Origin: Escherichia phage vb_EcoM-VR5
Strand: one strand, 5' to 3'
Sequence record: NC_028881.1
DNA: 64,000 bases
Of the stretch, positions 33,391-45,071 are shown piece by piece. The notes beneath the pieces are model-generated. The model did no database searches. It saw only the letters and a list, made by a program, of their open reading frames with translations, and was not told the DNA's origin. How positions within the stretch are numbered: the stretch's first letter is position 1; each line of letters opens with the position of its first letter. A program made the position numbers and the translations under genes.

Positions 33391-33882
33391 ATGGAGTTGA
33401 CAGATATCACTCGTGCGTTTGAGTCAGGTGACTTTGCACGCCCTAACCTTTTCGAAGTGGAAATTCCATTTCTTGGTAAAAACTTTAGCTTTAAATGTAA
33501 AGCAGCACCTATGCCGGCTGGCATTGTAGAAAAAGTACCAGTTGGCTACATGAACCGTAAAATTAACGTAGCTGGTGACCGTACATTTGATGATTGGACC
33601 ATTACCATTTATAACGATGATGCTCATGACACCCGTCAGGCAATTGTTGATTGGCAGAACCTCTGTCATGGTATGACTAATGAAATTACCGGTGCTGCAC
33701 CTGCAGAATATAAGAAACAAGCAATTGTTCGTCAGTTCCACCGTGACGGCAAAACTGTGACTAAAGAAGTTACAATTTACGGCTTATGGCCTACTAACGT
33801 TGGTGAAGTCCAGATGGATTGGGATTCAAACAACGAGGTAGAAACTTTCGAATCTACGTTCGCTATCGATTGGTGGGAATGA
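33391..33882 (+). CDS. 19: gp19 tail tube protein
   Basis: ORF 33379..33882; start assigned to MELTDITRAFESGDFARPNLF (163 aa) with GAGG upstream. Confidence 0.9.
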   Translation: MELTDITRAFESGDFARPNLFEVEIPFLGKNFSFKCKAAPMPAGIVEKVPVGYMNRKINVAGDRTFDDWTITIYNDDAHDTRQAIVDWQNLCHGMTNEITGAAPAEYKKQAIVRQFHRDGKTVTKEVTIYGLWPTNVGEVQMDWDSNNEVETFESTFAIDWWE

Positions 33883-33883
33883 G

Positions 33884-33917
33884 TATAAATAGAACTATAA
33901 AGGAGCTTCGGCTCCTT
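33884..33917 (+). promoter_or_regulatory. Late promoter TATAAATA (33884-33891) followed by leader hairpin (33899-33917) for gene 20
   Basis: Octamer then AAGGAGC-TTCG-GCTCCTT stem-loop in the 5' leader. Confidence 0.55.
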
Positions 33918-33939
33918 ATCCCATTCATCGGAGACTCTA

Positions 33940-35514
33940 ATGGCAAACTTTAATACAATATTAAGTTTTCTTAAGCCATGGGCTAATGAAGACGAAAAAG
34001 AATATAAACAACAATTAAATAACAATTTAGAGTCTGTCACTGCACCTAAGCTTGATGATGGCGCTCGCGAAATTGAAACCCAAGAGCAAAATATCCCTTA
34101 TAACGCTCTTATGCAACAAATGTTTGGTAGTAATGAGCCTGAAGTAAAAAACACCAGGGAACTCATTGATACCTACCGTAATTTGATGAATAACTATGAA
34201 GTCGATAATGCAGTTCAAGAAATTGTGTCCGATGCTATTGTCTACGAGGATGATAAAGAAGTAGTTGCATTAAATTTAGACGGGACAGATTTCAGTCAAG
34301 GGATTAAAGATAAAATTCTAGACGAATTCAGTGAAGTTTTGAATCTTTTAAATTTCCAACGTAAAGGCACCGACCATTTCCAGCGTTGGTATGTAGACTC
34401 GAGAATATTCTTTCATAAAATTATAAACCCTAAAAAAATGAAAGATGGTGTACAAGAGCTCCGTCGTTTAGACCCTCGCCAACTCCAATATATCCGTGAA
34501 ATTGTTACACGTATGGAAGACGGTGTTAAAATTGTAGACGGATATCGCGAGTTTTTCGTTTACGATACAGGTCATGAAAGTTATTGTGCTGATGGACGCG
34601 TTTATTCAGCTGGGACTAAAGTTAAAATTCCTCGTGCCGCTGTGGTTTATGCACATTCCGGATTATTAGATTGTTGTGGTAAAAACATCATAGGTTATTT
34701 GCAACGGGCTATCAAACCTGCAAACCAGCTTAAATTGATGGAAGACGCAATGGTCATCTATCGTATTACCCGTGCTCCAGACCGTCGTGTATTTTATATC
34801 GATACAGGAAATATGCCTTCTCGTAAGGCCGCAGCACAAATGCAACATATCATGAACACGATGAAAAACCGTGTAGTATATGATGCTTCGACAGGTAAAA
34901 TTAAAAACCAACAACACAATATGTCAATGACTGAAGACTATTGGTTGCAACGTCGAGACGGTAAAGCAGTTACAGAAGTTGATACCATGCCAGGTGCCAC
35001 AGGTATGAGTGATATGGATGACGTTCTTTATTTCCGCACAGCACTTTATCGTGCGCTGCGTATCCCAGAGTCACGTATCCCTAGTGAATCTAATTCCGGC
35101 GTTATGTTTGATGCTGGCACGGCTATAACTCGTGATGAGTTGAAATTTGCTAAATGGATTCGTCAGCTCCAAAATAAATTCGAAGAAATTTTCTTAGACC
35201 CATTAAAAACAAACCTCATTCTTAAAAAGATTATTACAGAAGATGAGTGGGAAAGAGAAATAAATAATATTAAAGTTACGTTCAATCGTGATAGCTATTT
35301 CAGTGAAATGAAAGATGCTGAAATCATGGAACGCAGAATCAATATGCTAACGATGGCTGAACCATTTATTGGTAAGTATATTTCACATCAAACGGCTATG
35401 AAAGATTTCCTTCAGATGACTGACGAAGAAATTAATCAAGAAGCTAAGCAAATTGAAGAAGAGTCTAAAGAGGCTCGTTTCCAAAACCCAGATGAAGAAG
35501 AAGAGGATTTCTAA
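33940..35514 (+). CDS. 20: gp20 portal vertex protein
   Basis: 524 aa (same length as T4 gp20); acidic C-terminus. Confidence 0.95.
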   Translation: MANFNTILSFLKPWANEDEKEYKQQLNNNLESVTAPKLDDGAREIETQEQNIPYNALMQQMFGSNEPEVKNTRELIDTYRNLMNNYEVDNAVQEIVSDAIVYEDDKEVVALNLDGTDFSQGIKDKILDEFSEVLNLLNFQRKGTDHFQRWYVDSRIFFHKIINPKKMKDGVQELRRLDPRQLQYIREIVTRMEDGVKIVDGYREFFVYDTGHESYCADGRVYSAGTKVKIPRAAVVYAHSGLLDCCGKNIIGYLQRAIKPANQLKLMEDAMVIYRITRAPDRRVFYIDTGNMPSRKAAAQMQHIMNTMKNRVVYDASTGKIKNQQHNMSMTEDYWLQRRDGKAVTEVDTMPGATGMSDMDDVLYFRTALYRALRIPESRIPSESNSGVMFDAGTAITRDELKFAKWIRQLQNKFEEIFLDPLKTNLILKKIITEDEWEREINNIKVTFNRDSYFSEMKDAEIMERRINMLTMAEPFIGKYISHQTAMKDFLQMTDEEINQEAKQIEEESKEARFQNPDEEEEDF

Positions 35515-35780
35515 TGGAAGATTTAATCGAAGCTATTAAATCAAACGACCTCGTAGCAGTTCGTAAAGCAGCAGCCCCGCTTATCGAATCTCGAGTAGCC
35601 GCTTTGATTGAAGCCCGTAAAGCAGAAATTGCTCGCTCCGTTATGATTGAAGGCGAAGAAGCCGAAGATGACGAAGACGAAGATAAAGACGAAAAATCCG
35701 ATAAAGCAGATAAGAAAGACAAAAAAGAATCTGATGATGCGGATGAAGGTGATGATGGCGATGACGAGGACGACGAATAA
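35514..35780 (+). CDS. 67: gp67 prohead core protein (acidic)
   Basis: 88 aa with poly-Asp/Glu C-terminus; position after portal. Confidence 0.8.
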   Translation: MEDLIEAIKSNDLVAVRKAAAPLIESRVAALIEARKAEIARSVMIEGEEAEDDEDEDKDEKSDKADKKDKKESDDADEGDDGDDEDDE

Positions 35781-36208
35781 TGTTCCTTATCCCTGATGAT
35801 TACGAATTAACTCTAGAAAGTGTAGAGGCCAAAATTCCAGAAGCACAGGGACGTTTTGCTGCTCTTTCTGAAGCCCTCGAGAAAAGCGATATAAATAATC
35901 TTGTAGAGAACATGATTGCTGATGGTGATATTGATACAGCTATTGCCATCGCCTCTTTGAATGAAAATATGGCTCTTAACGAATTTATCGTTAAGCACGT
36001 CTCCTCTAAAGGTGAGCTTACTCGTACTAAAGATATTAAAACCCGTCAACGCAACGCCTATCAAACGACTGGGTTATCTAAAGCAAAACGCCGTCAGATT
36101 GCTCGCAAAGCATCTAAAACCAAGCGTGCTAATCCATCTACTCAAGTACGTGCCGAACGTAAGCGTAAAAAAGCTCGTTCTAAACGTAAAGCCTTTGGAC
36201 TTAACTAA
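35780..36208 (+). CDS. 68: gp68 prohead core protein
   Basis: 142 aa with basic C-terminus; T4 order. Confidence 0.8.
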   Translation: MFLIPDDYELTLESVEAKIPEAQGRFAALSEALEKSDINNLVENMIADGDIDTAIAIASLNENMALNEFIVKHVSSKGELTRTKDIKTRQRNAYQTTGLSKAKRRQIARKASKTKRANPSTQVRAERKRKKARSKRKAFGLN

Positions 36209-36843
36209 TGAAACCTGAATTGCTCATCGAACATTGGGGACAACCAGGTGAAATTATCGATGGGGTTCCTATGTTGGAATCTCATGATGGAAAAAATTCT
36301 GGACTTGCCCCAGGCCTTTATATAGAAGGCATATTCATGCAAGCCGAAGTAGTTAACCGTAATAAACGTCTTTATCCAAAACCTATTTTGGAAAAAGCGG
36401 TAGCCAACTATATGGCTGAACAGGTTGCTACTAAACAAGCTTTAGGAGAATTAAACCATCCGCCGCGTGCTAACGTTGACCCTATGCAAGCCGCTATTAT
36501 TATTGAAGATATGTGGTGGAAAGGTAATGACGTTTATGGACGTGCTCGTATTATTGAAGGCGACCATGGTCCTGGTGATAAACTAGCTGCTAATATTAGA
36601 GCCGGTTGGGTGCCTGGTGTTAGTTCTCGTGGTCTAGGTTCTTTAACCGAAACCAATAAAGGATATAAGCGTGTAAACGAAGGTTATAAATTAACCGTCG
36701 GTGTTGATGCAGTATGGGGCCCTTCTGCTCCGGATGCTTATGTAACGCCGAAACAAATTACAGAATCACAAACGGTAGAAACCGATACCAGTGCCGATGA
36801 CGCCTTTATGGCTCTCGCAGAGGCCATGAAAAAAGCGTTATAA
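36208..36843 (+). CDS. 21: gp21 prohead core scaffold protease
   Basis: 211 aa; T4 order 68-21-22. Confidence 0.9.
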   Translation: MKPELLIEHWGQPGEIIDGVPMLESHDGKNSGLAPGLYIEGIFMQAEVVNRNKRLYPKPILEKAVANYMAEQVATKQALGELNHPPRANVDPMQAAIIIEDMWWKGNDVYGRARIIEGDHGPGDKLAANIRAGWVPGVSSRGLGSLTETNKGYKRVNEGYKLTVGVDAVWGPSAPDAYVTPKQITESQTVETDTSADDAFMALAEAMKKAL

Positions 36844-36846
36844 ATA
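36839..36846 (+). promoter_or_regulatory. Late promoter TATAAATA for gene 22
   Basis: Octamer 28 nt upstream of the gp22 ATG, overlapping the gp21 stop. Confidence 0.6.
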
Positions 36847-36873
36847 TTATTATCTAAACAACAGGACTACAAA

Positions 36874-37689
36874 ATGCTTAAAGAACAACTGATCGCCGAA
36901 GCACAGAATATTGATGCTTCCGTTGCTCTTGATAGTATTTTCGAATCAGTTAATATTTCTCCGGAAGCAAAAGAAACTTTCGGCACTGTATTCGAAGCTA
37001 CCGTCAAGCAACACGCCGTGAAACTGGCTGAATCTCACATCGCTAAAATCGCTGAGAAAGCGGAAGAAGAAGTTGAGAAAAATAAAGAAGAAGCTGAAGA
37101 TAAAGCTGATAAGAAAATCCAAGAAGCTGCTGGTCGTTTCCTTGACCACGTCGCTAAAGAATGGATGGCTGAAAACCAGCTGGCTGTTGATAAAGGTATT
37201 AAAGCCGAACTGTTCGAATCCATGTTGATGGGTATGAAAGAACTGTTTGTTGAACACAATGTGGTTGTTCCAGAAGAAGCAGTAGATGTTGTTGCTGAAA
37301 TGGAAGAAGAACTGGCTGAACAGAAAGCCGAAACCGCTAGTCTGTTCGAAGAAGTTTCTAAGCGTGATGCTTATATCAATTATGTCCAACGTGAAGTTGC
37401 GTTGACTGAAGCAACTAAAGACCTGACTGAATCCCAGAAAGAAAAAGTTGGTTCTCTGGTAGAAGGCATGGATTATTCCGATGCATTTGGTAAAAAAATT
37501 GGCGCTATCGTTGAAATGGTTAAGGGTCAGACCGACGTTGAAAAACCAATCACTGAAGCCGCTATAAATAAAACTGAAGACGATGCTGCAGCACTGAATT
37601 ATATTTCGGAAGCAGTTGAAGAAAAAGGCGCTAAGCCTACCCTGTCCTTCGCGGACCTGTCTGCAATCGCAGCATCTCGAATTTCTTAA
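36874..37689 (+). CDS. 22: gp22 prohead core scaffold protein
   Basis: 271 aa, highly acidic helical protein; T4 order. Confidence 0.9.
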   Translation: MLKEQLIAEAQNIDASVALDSIFESVNISPEAKETFGTVFEATVKQHAVKLAESHIAKIAEKAEEEVEKNKEEAEDKADKKIQEAAGRFLDHVAKEWMAENQLAVDKGIKAELFESMLMGMKELFVEHNVVVPEEAVDVVAEMEEELAEQKAETASLFEEVSKRDAYINYVQREVALTEATKDLTESQKEKVGSLVEGMDYSDAFGKKIGAIVEMVKGQTDVEKPITEAAINKTEDDAAALNYISEAVEEKGAKPTLSFADLSAIAASRIS

Positions 37690-37710
37690 TTTAATAAGGT
37701 TATACAACAC

Positions 37711-39270
37711 ATGAAAAAGAATGCATTAGTACAAAAATGGTCCGCTCTGCTGGAAAACGAAGCTCTTCCTGAAATCGTTGGTGCTTCTAAACAAGCTATC
37801 ATCGCTAAAATCTTTGAAAACCAGGAACAAGATATTCTGACCGCTCCTGAATATCGTGACGAAAAAATCTCCGAAGCATTTGGTTCTTTCCTGACTGAAG
37901 CTGAAATCGGTGGTGACCACGGTTATGATGCTACCAATATCGCAGCTGGCCAGACCTCTGGTGCAGTAACTCAGATTGGGCCGGCAGTTATGGGTATGGT
38001 TCGTCGTGCTATTCCTCATCTGATTGCTTTTGATATTTGTGGTGTCCAGCCTCTGAATAACCCTACCGGCCAGGTATTTGCCCTGCGTGCAGTTTACGGT
38101 AAAGACCCTGTAGCTGCTGGTGCTAAAGAAGCTTTCCACCCGATGTATGCTCCGAACGCTATGTTCTCTGGTCAGGGCGCTGCTGAAGCTTTCGAAGCTC
38201 TGGCTGCAAGCAAAGTTCTTACCGTTGGTAAAATTTATTCTCACTTCTTCGAAGCAACCGGTTCTGCACACTTCCAGGCTGTTGAAGCTGTAACCGTTGA
38301 TGCCGCCGCTACTGATGCCGCTAAACTTGACGCTGAAGTTACCAAACTGCTCGAAGCTGGTAAGCTGGCAGAAATCGCTGAAGGTATGGCTACTTCTATC
38401 GCCGAACTTCAGGAAGGCTTTAACGGTTCCCAGGATAACCCGTGGAACGAAATGGGCTTCCGCATCGATAAACAAGTTATCGAAGCTAAATCCCGTCAGC
38501 TGAAAGCAAGCTACTCCATCGAACTGGCACAGGACCTTCGTGCAGTACACGGTATGGATGCAGATGCTGAACTGAGTGGTATTCTTGCTACTGAAATTAT
38601 GTTGGAAATCAACCGTGAAGTTATCGATTGGATTAACTATTCTGCACAGGTTGGTAAATCTGGTATGACCAACACCGTTGGCGCTAAAGCTGGTGTGTTT
38701 GACTTCCAGGACCCGATTGATATCCGTGGTGCTCGTTGGGCCGGTGAAAGCTTTAAAGCTCTCCTGTTCCAGATTGATAAAGAAGCCGCCGAAATCGCTC
38801 GTCAGACCGGTCGTGGTGCTGGTAACTTCATCATCGCTTCCCGTAACGTAGTTAACGTACTGGCTGCAGTTGATACTTCTGTAAGTTATGCCGCTCAGGG
38901 TCTTGGTCAAGGTTTCAACGTTGACACCACTAAAGCAGTATTTGCCGGTGTTCTTGGTGGTAAATATCGCGTTTACATCGACCAGTATGCTCGTGCTGAT
39001 TACTTCACCATCGGTTATAAAGGTTCTAACGAAATGGACGCAGGTATCTACTATGCTCCTTACGTTGCACTGACCCCACTGCGTGGTTCCGATCCGAAGA
39101 ACTTCCAGCCGGTAATGGGCTTCAAAACTCGTTACGGTATCGGTATTAACCCGTTCGCTGACCCAGCTGCTCAGGCACCTACCAAACGTATTCAGAATGG
39201 TATGCCGGACATCGTTAACAGCCTCGGTCTGAATGGTTACTTCCGTCGTGTTTACGTTAAAGGTATCTAA
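37711..39270 (+). CDS. 23: gp23 major capsid protein
   Basis: 519 aa; long blocks recognisably T4 gp23-like (for example GGDHGYDATNIAAGQTSGAVTQIGPAVMGMVRRAIP). Confidence 0.97.
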   Translation: MKKNALVQKWSALLENEALPEIVGASKQAIIAKIFENQEQDILTAPEYRDEKISEAFGSFLTEAEIGGDHGYDATNIAAGQTSGAVTQIGPAVMGMVRRAIPHLIAFDICGVQPLNNPTGQVFALRAVYGKDPVAAGAKEAFHPMYAPNAMFSGQGAAEAFEALAASKVLTVGKIYSHFFEATGSAHFQAVEAVTVDAAATDAAKLDAEVTKLLEAGKLAEIAEGMATSIAELQEGFNGSQDNPWNEMGFRIDKQVIEAKSRQLKASYSIELAQDLRAVHGMDADAELSGILATEIMLEINREVIDWINYSAQVGKSGMTNTVGAKAGVFDFQDPIDIRGARWAGESFKALLFQIDKEAAEIARQTGRGAGNFIIASRNVVNVLAAVDTSVSYAAQGLGQGFNVDTTKAVFAGVLGGKYRVYIDQYARADYFTIGYKGSNEMDAGIYYAPYVALTPLRGSDPKNFQPVMGFKTRYGIGINPFADPAAQAPTKRIQNGMPDIVNSLGLNGYFRRVYVKGI

Positions 39271-39285
39271 GACATAACCTTATTA

Positions 39286-39305
39286 TGGGAGACTTCGGTC
39301 TCCCA
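39286..39305 (+). terminator. Terminator after gene 23
   Basis: TGGGAGAC-TTCG-GTCTCCCA hairpin followed by a T-rich tract. Confidence 0.6.
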
Positions 39306-39319
39306 TTCTTGTTTCTGTA

Positions 39320-39586
39320 CTATACAATCTTGACTCGACGGTTGATAATATCGCGGAAGTCAATACGATTTTCTTGGATTTTCAACCAGTTACCAGATTT
39401 GTCTTTGGTGTGGGTAGAATATTCACCATTCCACCAGAAGTCAGTAGCATAAGTCATGGTTTCGTATTTCTTAACTAACGCATTAACTGCATTACCGTTA
39501 GGATTGCGGCCAAATTTTTCTACCAAGGCTTTGATGTCTTTATCAAGAGCTGAAAGTGTAGTACGAATAAAGTTTAACTTGTTCAT
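39320..39586 (-). CDS. Hypothetical early protein wedged between late genes 23 and 24
   Basis: ORF 39320..39601; likely start MNKLNFIR with AGGAGA ribosome-binding site; its own early promoter P4 directly upstream. Confidence 0.55.
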   Translation of the reverse strand: MNKLNFIRTTLSALDKDIKALVEKFGRNPNGNAVNALVKKYETMTYATDFWWNGEYSTHTKDKSGNWLKIQENRIDFRDIINRRVKIV

Positions 39587-39615
39587 TTTTAATCTCCTCA
39601 TGTTTTGATAGGTTT

Positions 39616-39645
39616 ATAGTAACACGTGAGAACCTTGCTGTAAAC
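39616..39645 (-). promoter_or_regulatory. Early promoter P4 (GTTTAC-N17-TACTAT) with conserved leader
   Basis: Reverse strand GTTTACAGCAAGGTTCTCACGTGTTACTATAAACCTATCAAAAC. Confidence 0.55.
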
Positions 39646-39651
39646 AACTTT

Positions 39652-39659
39652 TATAAATA
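39652..39659 (+). promoter_or_regulatory. Late promoter TATAAATA for gene 24
   Basis: Exact octamer 28 nt upstream of the gp24 ATG, back-to-back with P4. Confidence 0.6.
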
Positions 39660-39687
39660 AACATATACCCTCAATAAGGAAAGCGCA

Positions 39688-40968
39688 ATGGCAAAGATTA
39701 ACGAATTACTGCGCGAGTCAACAACTACTACCAGCAACTCATTGGGTCGCCCTAATCTTGTTGCTTTGACCCGTGCTACCACTAAACTAATTTATCGCGA
39801 TATCATCGCTGAACAGCGTACAAACCAGCCTATCGCTGCGTTATACGGTGTCAAATACCTTACCCCTGATAATGAATTTAGCTTCCAGACCGGTGCTACT
39901 TACGGTGGTGAAGTTGGTTCTAAAGACCGTGAAACTATCCCAGAATTAACAGATAAGTCCCAGGCTATTGCCAAGGGTGGCTACTTTAAGTATCAGAATG
40001 TGGTTTATAAGGCTTTGGTTGCAAGCCCACTCGCATCTACTAGCGCCATAGATTTGTCTGATGCTCTCCAAGAAGGTTTGGTGTCATTAACTTGCCGTCT
40101 TGTCCCTGATGCAGCTCATACCGAGAAATTCGAAGCTGGAGATGTTGAAATTAGTAATGCCGTGTTCCAGGTCAATAAATGGAACGCACCAGTTAAATCT
40201 CGTAAGCTGAAAACGGCTTTGACTGTAGAACTAGCCCAGGATATGGAATCTAATGGCTTTGATGCTCCAGCATTCCTTGAAGACCTCCTGGCTACAGTAA
40301 TGGCCGATGAAATTAACAAAGATGTTCTGCAGTCATTGATTACCGTATCTAAACGTTATAAAGTTACTGGTGTTTCTGATAACGGTATTATCGACCTTTC
40401 TTATGACTCTGCACCAGAATCTGCTCGTAAGCTGTACGAAATGGTTTGTGAAATGAATTCCGAAATCCAGAAAACAACTTCTTATTCCGCTACATTTGTT
40501 GTAGCTTCTTCACGTGTTGCTGCTATGCTTGCTGGTTCAGGTTGGTTAAAACACAAGCCGGAAGATGAGGCTTGGCTCCCGGAAACCGCGTATGGTTATT
40601 TGATTAATGGCTTACCTGTGTTCTGTGATGTGAATAGTCCATTGGATTATGTTACCGTAGGCGTTAAAGAAAACTATGGTGGTAATGAAGTTGTTGGTTC
40701 TATTTTCTATGCGCCGTATACTGAAGGCCTAGATTTAGATGATGAAGAACACGTCGGTGCTTATAAGGTAATTGTCGACCCAGACAGTTTACAACCTTCT
40801 ATTTCTCTGATGGTTCGTTATGCGTTGTCTGCCAACCCTTATACCGTAGCCAAAGATGATAAAGAAGCCCGTGTTATCGATGCAACTAATATGGACTTGA
40901 TGGCGGGCCAGAGCAATATGTCTTATCTGCTTGGTGTTAAATTGCCTAAAATAATTTATGAGGCGTAA
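39688..40968 (+). CDS. 24: gp24 capsid vertex protein (copy 1)
   Basis: 426 aa; gp23-related fold; position after gene 23. Confidence 0.9.
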   Translation: MAKINELLRESTTTTSNSLGRPNLVALTRATTKLIYRDIIAEQRTNQPIAALYGVKYLTPDNEFSFQTGATYGGEVGSKDRETIPELTDKSQAIAKGGYFKYQNVVYKALVASPLASTSAIDLSDALQEGLVSLTCRLVPDAAHTEKFEAGDVEISNAVFQVNKWNAPVKSRKLKTALTVELAQDMESNGFDAPAFLEDLLATVMADEINKDVLQSLITVSKRYKVTGVSDNGIIDLSYDSAPESARKLYEMVCEMNSEIQKTTSYSATFVVASSRVAAMLAGSGWLKHKPEDEAWLPETAYGYLINGLPVFCDVNSPLDYVTVGVKENYGGNEVVGSIFYAPYTEGLDLDDEEHVGAYKVIVDPDSLQPSISLMVRYALSANPYTVAKDDKEARVIDATNMDLMAGQSNMSYLLGVKLPKIIYEA

Positions 40969-42249
40969 ATGCAAAAGATTAACGCACTAATCCATGAATC
41001 AACTCTGACGGCGGCCAACTCGGTCGCTCGTCCTACTCTTCTCTCATATACTAAAGCTACTAACAAACGTATCTTTAAATCACTTGTAGCCGAACAAAAG
41101 ACACGCCAGCCTGTGGCGGCGCTTTATGGTATTCGTGTTCTGAACCCAGCAGATAAAATGACTTATCTTGGCGGCGCAACGTTTGCTGGTGAAATTGGTA
41201 TGTTTGAACGTTCTCAGATTCCAGAGGTAGTAGGTCCTAATGAAGCTTATGTCGTCGGTGATATGTTCCAATTTGAAAATGTTGTTTTCAAAGTACTAGA
41301 AGCATCTCCTTTCGCCGGTACAGCCGAAACTGAGATGGGTGAAGTTATTTCTGAAGCTATTGCTGCTGGTCATATTCGTATGGTTTCTGATGCGGCTCAG
41401 ACTTCTAAATTTGAAAAAGGTCATCCTGAGATTGCCGAAGCCGGATTCCGTATCGATAAATGGCAGACTGAAGTTAAATCTCGTAAGTTAAAAACTTCAT
41501 TAACTGTAGAACTAGCCCAAGACCTAGAATCCAATGGATTCAATGCCCCAGGATTTATCGAAGATATTCTTGGAATCCAGATGGCAGAGGAAATTAATAA
41601 GGACGTACTTCAGTCATTGATTACTGTAAGTTCCCGTTTTAAAGTCCAAGGTGTTTCTGAAAAAGGTGTTCTTAACCTTACAGACCCACAGTATGATAAT
41701 GCCCAAGACCGAGCTCGTACATTGTATTATTATATGTGTGAAATGAACTCAGCGGTCCAACGTAATACATCATTCGCTGGTACATATGCCGTAGCTAGTT
41801 CCCGTTGTGCCGCTATTCTTGCCGCGTCCGGCTGGGTCGAGAAAAAAGATGACCAAGACGAATTAGCTTATGGTGTTCTGAAGAACGGTCTACCACTTTA
41901 TGCTGATGTGAATAGTCCGTGTGATTATGTTATCGTCGGTGTGAATGCAGATATTGGTGAAGGACAGACGGTCGCATCTTTGTACTATGCGCCTTATGTG
42001 GAAGGCCTGGACAACGTAGATGATGAGGGTGATACTTCTGTAGGTGAATTCAAGGTTATCGTTGACCCTGAAAGCTTACAGCCTACCGTCGCCTTGTTGG
42101 CTCGATATGCACTGACAGCAAACCCGTATACCGTTGCCAAAGATGATAAAGAAGCTCGTATTATTGATGGGTCCGATATGGATAAGATGGCTAACCAAAG
42201 TCAATTGAGTTCTTATCTTGGTGTTAAACTTCCACCACTAGAAAAATAA
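40969..42249 (+). CDS. gp24 paralog (copy 2), tandem duplicate
   Basis: 426 aa; clearly homologous to copy 1 along the whole length but substantially diverged (shared blocks WQTEVKSRKLKT, TVELAQDLESNGF, ANPYTVAKDDKEAR). Confidence 0.85.
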   Translation: MQKINALIHESTLTAANSVARPTLLSYTKATNKRIFKSLVAEQKTRQPVAALYGIRVLNPADKMTYLGGATFAGEIGMFERSQIPEVVGPNEAYVVGDMFQFENVVFKVLEASPFAGTAETEMGEVISEAIAAGHIRMVSDAAQTSKFEKGHPEIAEAGFRIDKWQTEVKSRKLKTSLTVELAQDLESNGFNAPGFIEDILGIQMAEEINKDVLQSLITVSSRFKVQGVSEKGVLNLTDPQYDNAQDRARTLYYYMCEMNSAVQRNTSFAGTYAVASSRCAAILAASGWVEKKDDQDELAYGVLKNGLPLYADVNSPCDYVIVGVNADIGEGQTVASLYYAPYVEGLDNVDDEGDTSVGEFKVIVDPESLQPTVALLARYALTANPYTVAKDDKEARIIDGSDMDKMANQSQLSSYLGVKLPPLEK

Positions 42250-42270
42250 AAGGGACCGTAAGGTCCCTTT
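42248..42270. terminator. Bidirectional terminator between gp24 copy 2 and rnlB
   Basis: AAAGGGACC-GTAA-GGTCCCTTT hairpin flanked by A-run and T-run. Confidence 0.6.
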
Positions 42271-42275
42271 ATCGT

Positions 42276-43283
42276 TTATTTGGATACTAATTCAATCCAC
42301 ACAGCTCGTAGCGTATCTTTAACACACTCAATGAGCTGCTTTTTAACTTCAACAGGATTTTCTGCATCGGTTAATTCTAATTCTTCACGGGACGCCTCTT
42401 CCAAAATATCTTGGACTGTTAGTCCCATTACCTTTCCGAAATCCTTAGGCGTTACTTCACCAATCTTACTGATAACATTGTTAATACGGTTAACAGTCAC
42501 ATAATCAGTGAATTGCCACATCAGGTCCATGTCATCTTGGGACAATACTACTACAGCCTTGATAGGCTTATCGGATTTTTTCTTCTCGCTGAATTTAGAG
42601 TTCTTACATTTAATCGCTACTCGATTTCCATTTGGAAGCCAGGTAGGAACATCAGGTTTCAGTACAAAGCCTTCAGCCGTAAATACTTTGCCTTCAACCT
42701 TTGGAATAAAATCAGTCGAGTTTGCGATAGTCAGGCCTGCATTATCCACCGCAAAATTGTAATCAGGAACCACAGAATCAAAATCATTAGGGAGCTTAAT
42801 AAGGTCTTCAAAGCTACCAGTAGCCAGACATGGAGCCACCTTAAACTTGTGGATAATACAGAAAGCTTCCATCAATGTATCAGTCAGAACAGATTCTGTG
42901 CCGTCGTCTTTAGTAACGCGGATATCGAACACATAAAAATCTTTATCACCATAATCCACATTCTTCTGAATACCTGAACCGGCGAACTCGCCATAAATCT
43001 GGTACGACTGATAATCAATCGATTCAATTAGATGCTGAACAGATTTAATAGAATCAGCATAATTCTTTAAAACAATTTCATAACCATAAAAGTCTTCAGC
43101 AGGAAGAATAGGGCCTGTGCGCTTAGCGCATGTGACTGCGTCACGTTCAATAATTAAACTAAAGTTCGTACCATGAATCTTCTCACGTGCTACCCACTCA
43201 CCATCGGTCATACCATGGGTACGGAGTTTTTCAATGAACTTATTGTTGTAGTGGTTTTCCAGACTGCTATATTTCTTGAACAT
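42276..43283 (-). CDS. rnlB: RNA ligase 2 (Rnl2)
   Basis: 335 aa; N-terminus [13 protein letters not shown] and nucleotidyltransferase motif I EKIHGTNF; T4-like throughout. Confidence 0.92.
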   Translation of the reverse strand: MFKKYSSLENHYNNKFIEKLRTHGMTDGEWVAREKIHGTNFSLIIERDAVTCAKRTGPILPAEDFYGYEIVLKNYADSIKSVQHLIESIDYQSYQIYGEFAGSGIQKNVDYGDKDFYVFDIRVTKDDGTESVLTDTLMEAFCIIHKFKVAPCLATGSFEDLIKLPNDFDSVVPDYNFAVDNAGLTIANSTDFIPKVEGKVFTAEGFVLKPDVPTWLPNGNRVAIKCKNSKFSEKKKSDKPIKAVVVLSQDDMDLMWQFTDYVTVNRINNVISKIGEVTPKDFGKVMGLTVQDILEEASREELELTDAENPVEVKKQLIECVKDTLRAVWIELVSK

Positions 43284-43397
43284 AAATCACCATAATAAAT
43301 ATAATTAAATAGAAGAGCTAGTAATCTTCTGTCACCAAGCCAAATGGTTTAACGGAAGGACCTAGACCCATTATAACACACCTAAATTTAAAGCATA

Positions 43398-43622
43398 TTA
43401 CTTTAGACAAAAAACGCGCTTAGCGCCGACCTTTTTATTAACCAAACGTTTACGATACACTACTTTTTCTCGTGCTTTAAATTTCTCTTTGGCATTTTCA
43501 ACTTCAACCCAGGCCTTACCCATTTCTTTAGCAGTACCGCCTAAGAGCTTGGCTATTTCAATAAACGTCATACCGGATTCATGTAAAAAATGTACTTTAA
43601 CCTTATCCATAATGATTCCCAT
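43398..43622 (-). CDS. Small basic protein, possible helix-turn-helix DNA-binding
   Basis: 74 aa (or 70 aa from the internal Met); basic C-terminus; early promoter-like signal upstream. Confidence 0.45.
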   Translation of the reverse strand: MGIIMDKVKVHFLHESGMTFIEIAKLLGGTAKEMGKAWVEVENAKEKFKAREKVVYRKRLVNKKVGAKRVFCLK

Positions 43623-43640
43623 GTTGAGTTAGTGAAGCTA

Positions 43641-43669
43641 TCTTAACATGGGATTTTTAACTTGTAAAC
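43641..43669 (-). promoter_or_regulatory. Early promoter P5 candidate (GTTTAC-N18-TAAGAT)
   Basis: Reverse strand GTTTACAAGTTAAAAATCCCATGTTAAGAT; weaker -10 than P1-P4. Confidence 0.35.
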
Positions 43670-43760
43670 AGGAGTTTTATGCCAGATATTCTTGAACGTA
43701 AAGATTTACTTTACATACCGCTAGTACCTTAATAAATATTAAATTAATAACGGGGGATTT

Positions 43761-45062
<1,302 letters not shown>

Positions 45063-45071
45063 GGACTACAA

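Noticed and set aside
36946-38910. Long minus-strand ORFs (254 aa and 394 aa) antisense to gp22 and gp23
   Set aside because: They lie entirely inside strongly supported plus-strand head genes, are low-complexity (Phe/Ser-rich), and have no start or ribosome-binding-site context; frame-shadow artefacts
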